Assembly (NCBI RefSeq): GCF_006345805.1
Contig: NC_043007.1
Coordinates: forward strand, 60,512,001 to 60,576,000
DNA length: 64,000 nucleotides
From: Octopus sinensis
Lineage: Eukaryota
Direction: 5' to 3'
Made by a program: the position numbers and the translations under genes
The notes under the pieces: generated by a model
Database searches by the model: none
The model's input: the letters and a program-made list of their open reading frames with translations, nothing else
Told to the model about the DNA's origin: nothing
Shown: piece after piece, positions 59,895-64,000 of the stretch
How the letters are laid out: each line of letters begins with the position of its first letter
Position numbering within the stretch: position 1 is the stretch's first letter

Positions 59895-60501
59895 AAAATG
59901 GTTAATTTTGCACAGAACTTGGAAAGGAATAAAAAAACTCAGAATAAGATGTTTGGCTCTGAAATATCTACTCTGAGACAAAAAGCTAAAAGTTATATTG
60001 AAATGAAATCAGAAAAAGAAAAATTTTCTATAAAACTACCAAAACAAGAAGAGATGCTGCTAGATTATGAAAATAGTTTGCTTAAAAAACAAGAGTTGGA
60101 ATACCAACTTGAAAGTGAACAAAGGCTTTGTAAAAACTTGAGAGAAAAGATAAAAGTGGGGTCTGAAGAAAATCAATCGCTTATGAAACAATTAAAACAA
60201 CTCCAAAACCTTTATAATAGTTTGCAAAAGCGAAATGATATGCTAAACAACAAGTGCATCAAAACACAGAACCAGCTTAGTTTGAAAGAGAAGAAATGTA
60301 CTGAATTTGAAAAGAAGCTTGCCAGAATGGCAGTAGAAAAATTGACTATGGAAAAACGGTATGTAAATGAATTGGAGCAACCTCGACAAACTTTGTCTCA
60401 AAAGTTGAAAGAAAATATTGATCCATTTGAAAAACAAAATAAAGGAATAAAAGCTGACCAAGATGACAATGAGATGAAAAGAGACTTCACTTGCATAAAT
60501 G
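59895..60501 (+). CDS. NUMA1: NuMA-like coding exon 12: 202-codon coiled-coil exon (KMVNFAQNLERNKK...DFTCIN(G))
   Basis: T-rich acceptor ending taag at 59894, inside ORF 59853-60515, donor gtaatt at 60502, E/K/L/Q-rich heptads. Confidence 0.88.
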
Positions 60502-61139
60502 GTAATTTTAGTTAAACTTTTTTAAATTAGGTTTTTTTGTATATTACACCTTTAACCCTTTTGTTACCATATTTCTGTCGAAATACACTGTCTCTATTTC
60601 ATTAATTTTGAAATAATGAGAAATTTAGTTAAATAATTTTGTCATTGTTAAACTGATGTTTGGGACATAACTTAACATGAAATTTTGATGAAAGGTTTCA
60701 ATTTAAGTTACTTTAAAACTGGAATTTTGTATCACAGAACCAGGGGTGTGACCTCATGTAGGTTGATCATCATCACCATCATTGTTTAACGTCCACTTTC
60801 CATGCTGGCATGGGTTGGATGACCAACTGAAAGCTGGTAAGCCATGGGGCTGCACCTGGTTCTAGTCCGATTTGGCAAGGTTTCTACGGAATGGAAAAAA
60901 TTAAGAGGACCTATTTAAGTAAAAAAGAATTTGCATTTTTATAGCATTCATAGTTTAGCTTTCTTTTAATATTCATTTCCTCATGTCTCCATCTGTATTG
61001 TCTTTTTCTCCTTTTTATTATATCTTCTCACTGTTCCGTGCTCTATATCCGCGCATTCTTTTACGGTCAGCTTGCAACCATGTTGCTTGTGAATCCAGAG
61101 TTTAGGCTAAATTAACCCTTATAAACAAATATTAATTTT

Positions 61140-62448
61140 ATAAGCAAGCAGACGATAATAATTGCACTTATGCACATACAATGGTTGTTATAAAAAAATT
61201 AGTTAAATAAAAAAATTATTTTTCAATATCAACACACCACCACCACCGCTATCTGCCTCTCTCTCTCTCTCAATATAACTGCCTTCCCTGTCCATCTCTC
61301 TCTATCTACCTTTCCCTTCAGCTAACTTTTTAACTACATAAGAAGTAGTCCTTCTCCACCCTACCACACTTCTATCACTTCTCTCGTTCTTTGCCTCTAC
61401 CTTCAGCTGACCACATGACTATTTGGCCTAAAATATTAATATTAATCACCTTTCTCTACTTCTTCCTCTCTTCTTTCTTCACTTCTCCCTCTCTCTCTCT
61501 CTCTCTCTCTCTCACACTCTAACTCCACCTCTCACTCACTCCCCCTCCACCTCTCTAACTAATGTATAACAGGTGAACAAACAAGCAGATTATTATATAG
61601 ACTAGTGGGACCCATGGAAATTCCACAGAATGAAAACAAGATTAAGAGAAGCTATTTAAGAGAGAAAGGATGAATTTTATTTTTATATTGCTATGTTATT
61701 TCACTTCCAGTCACAATAATATGTAATATCATTTTAAAAATTTCCCTCTGCCAAGCACTTTATATTTCTCTCTTTCTCCTTACCTCTTCAACAAACTTTT
61801 TGGCCATGTAATTCCTCTCTTCATGTCTTTAGCATTTCTTTCTTTTCACCTCTCACTAACCACATGAGTGACAGCATAATACATCAACTGGCTACAGGCT
61901 TTCTCACTCACTTTCACATTTCCTCTTCTGCTCTCTCACAAATTAAAGCATAAAGTGTGAACAAACAGGCAGAAGAATAATATAAATTTAATTCAATAAA
62001 AAAAAAACTTTTCAGTACTACCACCACCAACAACACCACCACTCTACTCTGACAATACAAACATTATCTGCCTCTCTCTCTCAGTATAACTACCTCTTGT
62101 GTCTAGCTCTTTCTATTTGCTTTTCTTTAACCTCACCACCAAAACATCTCACTCTGCTAAATATTGTATCCTAAACATATCTCTTTCCCTTTACCTCCCC
62201 ACCTTACAGCACATTAACACTTCTCTCTCCCTCTTTTCTCTCACTGTCTTTTTCTTTTGCTCTTCACTTCTCCCTTCAACTAACCACGTGACACATTTGG
62301 CCTTATCATACATCTTTCTCTACTTCTTCACTTTCTTCTATACTCATATTCCTTCTCTCAATTTTACTCCACCTCTCATTCACTCCATTCCAACCCTCTA
62401 ACTAGTTAAAGTATAATAGACAAACAAACAAGCAGATTATTATATAGA
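61140..62448 (-). mobile_element. Head-to-tail pair of non-autonomous Helitron-like elements (62448-61602 complete; 61601 to ~61140 3'-truncated)
   Basis: Minus strand: A^TCTATATAATAATCTGCTTG at 62448, then hairpin CTGTGGAATTTCCATGGG, TCCCA, CTAG (61605-61602), directly followed by TCTATATAATAATCTGCTTG. Confidence 0.8.
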
Positions 62449-63369
62449 TGTTGATAGGGTTTTTTAACATCGATATTTCCATGTTAGTATTAGCTGGATG
62501 GTCTAGTAACTTGTCATAAATTAGTGTGAATAGAAAGGGTATGAGTCTATGGGCTTCCTATACCTTTTGAAACTGGAATATCTTCACAACTGAGATTAAT
62601 GTCTAATTTGGAATCTCAAAGTTTAGTGTTTCAAAGGAAAACATAGACAAGAAGAGAGTTTTAGTAGGGTATGGTCTAGGAGAAGGATTTAAATGATATC
62701 TGTTGATGTGACATGGTGGAAGTTATAAAAGAATTGGATATATTAAATGGGTTTAAGTGGGGAATATTTTAGAGTTGGTAACTTCAATCTGTTAGAGTTC
62801 CAGAAAAATTAAAACTGCGATTCATCAGTGAGCCTAAAATTCATAAGCAAATGTTGACTTTTTGAGGGTTTTTTTTTCCATTTATAAAATATGATCCTGG
62901 ATGTATCTATGTATGCAAGAGCACCTGAAGTGTATGAGTAGTATACTAGGCTAGTGAATGGAATTATTAAAGCATGGATTTTACTCATCGTCATCATCAT
63001 CATCATCATCATTTAATGTTTATCTTCTATGCTGGCATAAGTTAGATGGTTTGACAAAATCCAACGGGTTTGAGGACTGCATCATGCTCCGAAGGTAGTT
63101 TTGGCATGGTTTTTATGGCTGAATGCCTTTCCTAATGCCAACCAGTTTACATAGTGTATTAAATGCTTTTCTTACGGTAACAGTACTAGTGAGGTTGCCA
63201 TGCAGCCTGCAAGACAAAGACTCCCTTCAAATGAATGGAATTCCAGTATAAGATGGCTTTATGTTAAGAAATGAGAGGTTAAATCATGGGAGCCTCTTTA
63301 TTCACTGAACTGAATTTAGTAAATAGAGACTGCACAAAAATTTATCACACTTTTTTTTTATTTTGGCTG

Positions 63370-63740
63370 CTTTCATGAATCCCCATGACTTGTCACCATC
63401 CAATTCCATTTTTATGAATTTGAATTGGGAGTTTGAGTCATAGTGAATATTTCATTAACTGATTGCACAACCATGGACATCACCTCCATAGATGCATTGC
63501 AGTTGCTTTCTTGGTAGAGCTTGGTGATCCTGACCATTGATCTTCTAGAATTCCTTCATGCAGCATCAATGTAAGTTGAACTACCTCTTCACAATCTGCT
63601 GTACTACAGTCCCATGACTTCACTGTATCCCTGGAAAAGGTGACTGAATGGGTGCTATGCCTTGCCAAAAAGCAGCCTGTAGCTATGCAGGGCATGGTTG
63701 TCACTTTATGAAATATTTTCAAAATACCCACATACTCATT
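63370..63740. repeat. Unclassified dispersed repeat, copy B (same orientation as 1085-1520)
   Basis: The minus-strand ORFs of both copies share VKSWDCS..CEEVV...LTLML..GILEDQ..G.PSS. Confidence 0.7.
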
Positions 63741-64000
63741 TATACACATATATACATGTGTTTATATATACATATCCACGAGTGTATAGATCTGTGCTGG
63801 TGTATATCTGTTTGATCTGACACTGCTAATTAAAACCAAGTAGTGGTGCATCAAAATAGTGAGTTAAATGATCTATAAAACATCATCATCATCACAAAAT
63901 GAACCATCCAACCCATGCCAGCATGAGTTGGATGGTTGAACAGGAGCTGGCAAGCCAGCTTGTGTCATGACTTAAACTTTTACCTATGCTGTGGGTTCTT

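Larger units (their letters stand above)
14440..60501 (+). other. NUMA1: Multi-exon host gene (5' part): Hook/CH-like N-terminal domain plus long coiled coil, NuMA-like; 12 coding exons in window, continues downstream
   Basis: Spliced protein: MDLSKKAVLIQW|LNKLNPHLVIESLSDLREGEQFIALLNKI|KATSYDVNTKKERFEIIQKFIED|KYDYKLVEQVNFDKDNELDFAK|IAVLVLAAGVKGGPQEEFMKAALSLNEQSQLEIMSILKQAL... All introns are GT-AG with matching phases. ELDFAK resembles NuMA ELELAK, QLEIMSILKQAL resembles QAELAVILKFVL, and LKKLDHELEYERHHCFELECNLKVNKKIISSKD resembles MRRLKKQLADERSNRDELELELAENRKLLTEKD (human sequence from memory). Confidence 0.7.

Noticed and set aside
61020-61105. Possible terminal exon (acceptor at ~61068, ACNHVACESRV-stop)
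   Set aside because: It adjoins Helitron-like repeat, has no NuMA-tail similarity, and has no independent support.

Overview
AT-rich, repeat-dense animal genomic DNA. The SINE, RTE-tail and microsatellite families look like those of octopus (inferred from repeat content). No prokaryotic features, rRNA or CRISPR were found. The one well-supported host gene is on the + strand and the ORF track misses most of it. I assembled 12 GT-AG coding exons with fully consistent phases from an ATG at 14448 to a donor after 60501 (1663 nt, about 554 aa, continuing beyond the window). They encode an N-terminal Hook/CH-like domain followed by coiled coil, and the best match I recognise is NuMA (NUMA1). Introns and flanks carry RTE, CR1-like and Penelope retroelements, two Ty3/Gypsy remnants, five mariner/Tc1 copies, two hAT transposase remnants, a MULE with a hAT-Buster element nested in it (both with perfect 8-bp TSDs), a Helitron helicase remnant, non-autonomous Helitrons including a CTAG|TC head-to-tail junction, and several fold-back MITEs. 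There are also signs of local templated rearrangement: a 171-bp perfect inverted duplication in a dead mariner, a 266-bp gag duplication and a twin-priming-like RTE inversion. Inverted repeats tightly flank specific exons, giving candidate dsRNA/A-to-I editing and circRNA substrates. All alignments were done by eye, and TE boundaries without TSDs are approximate.
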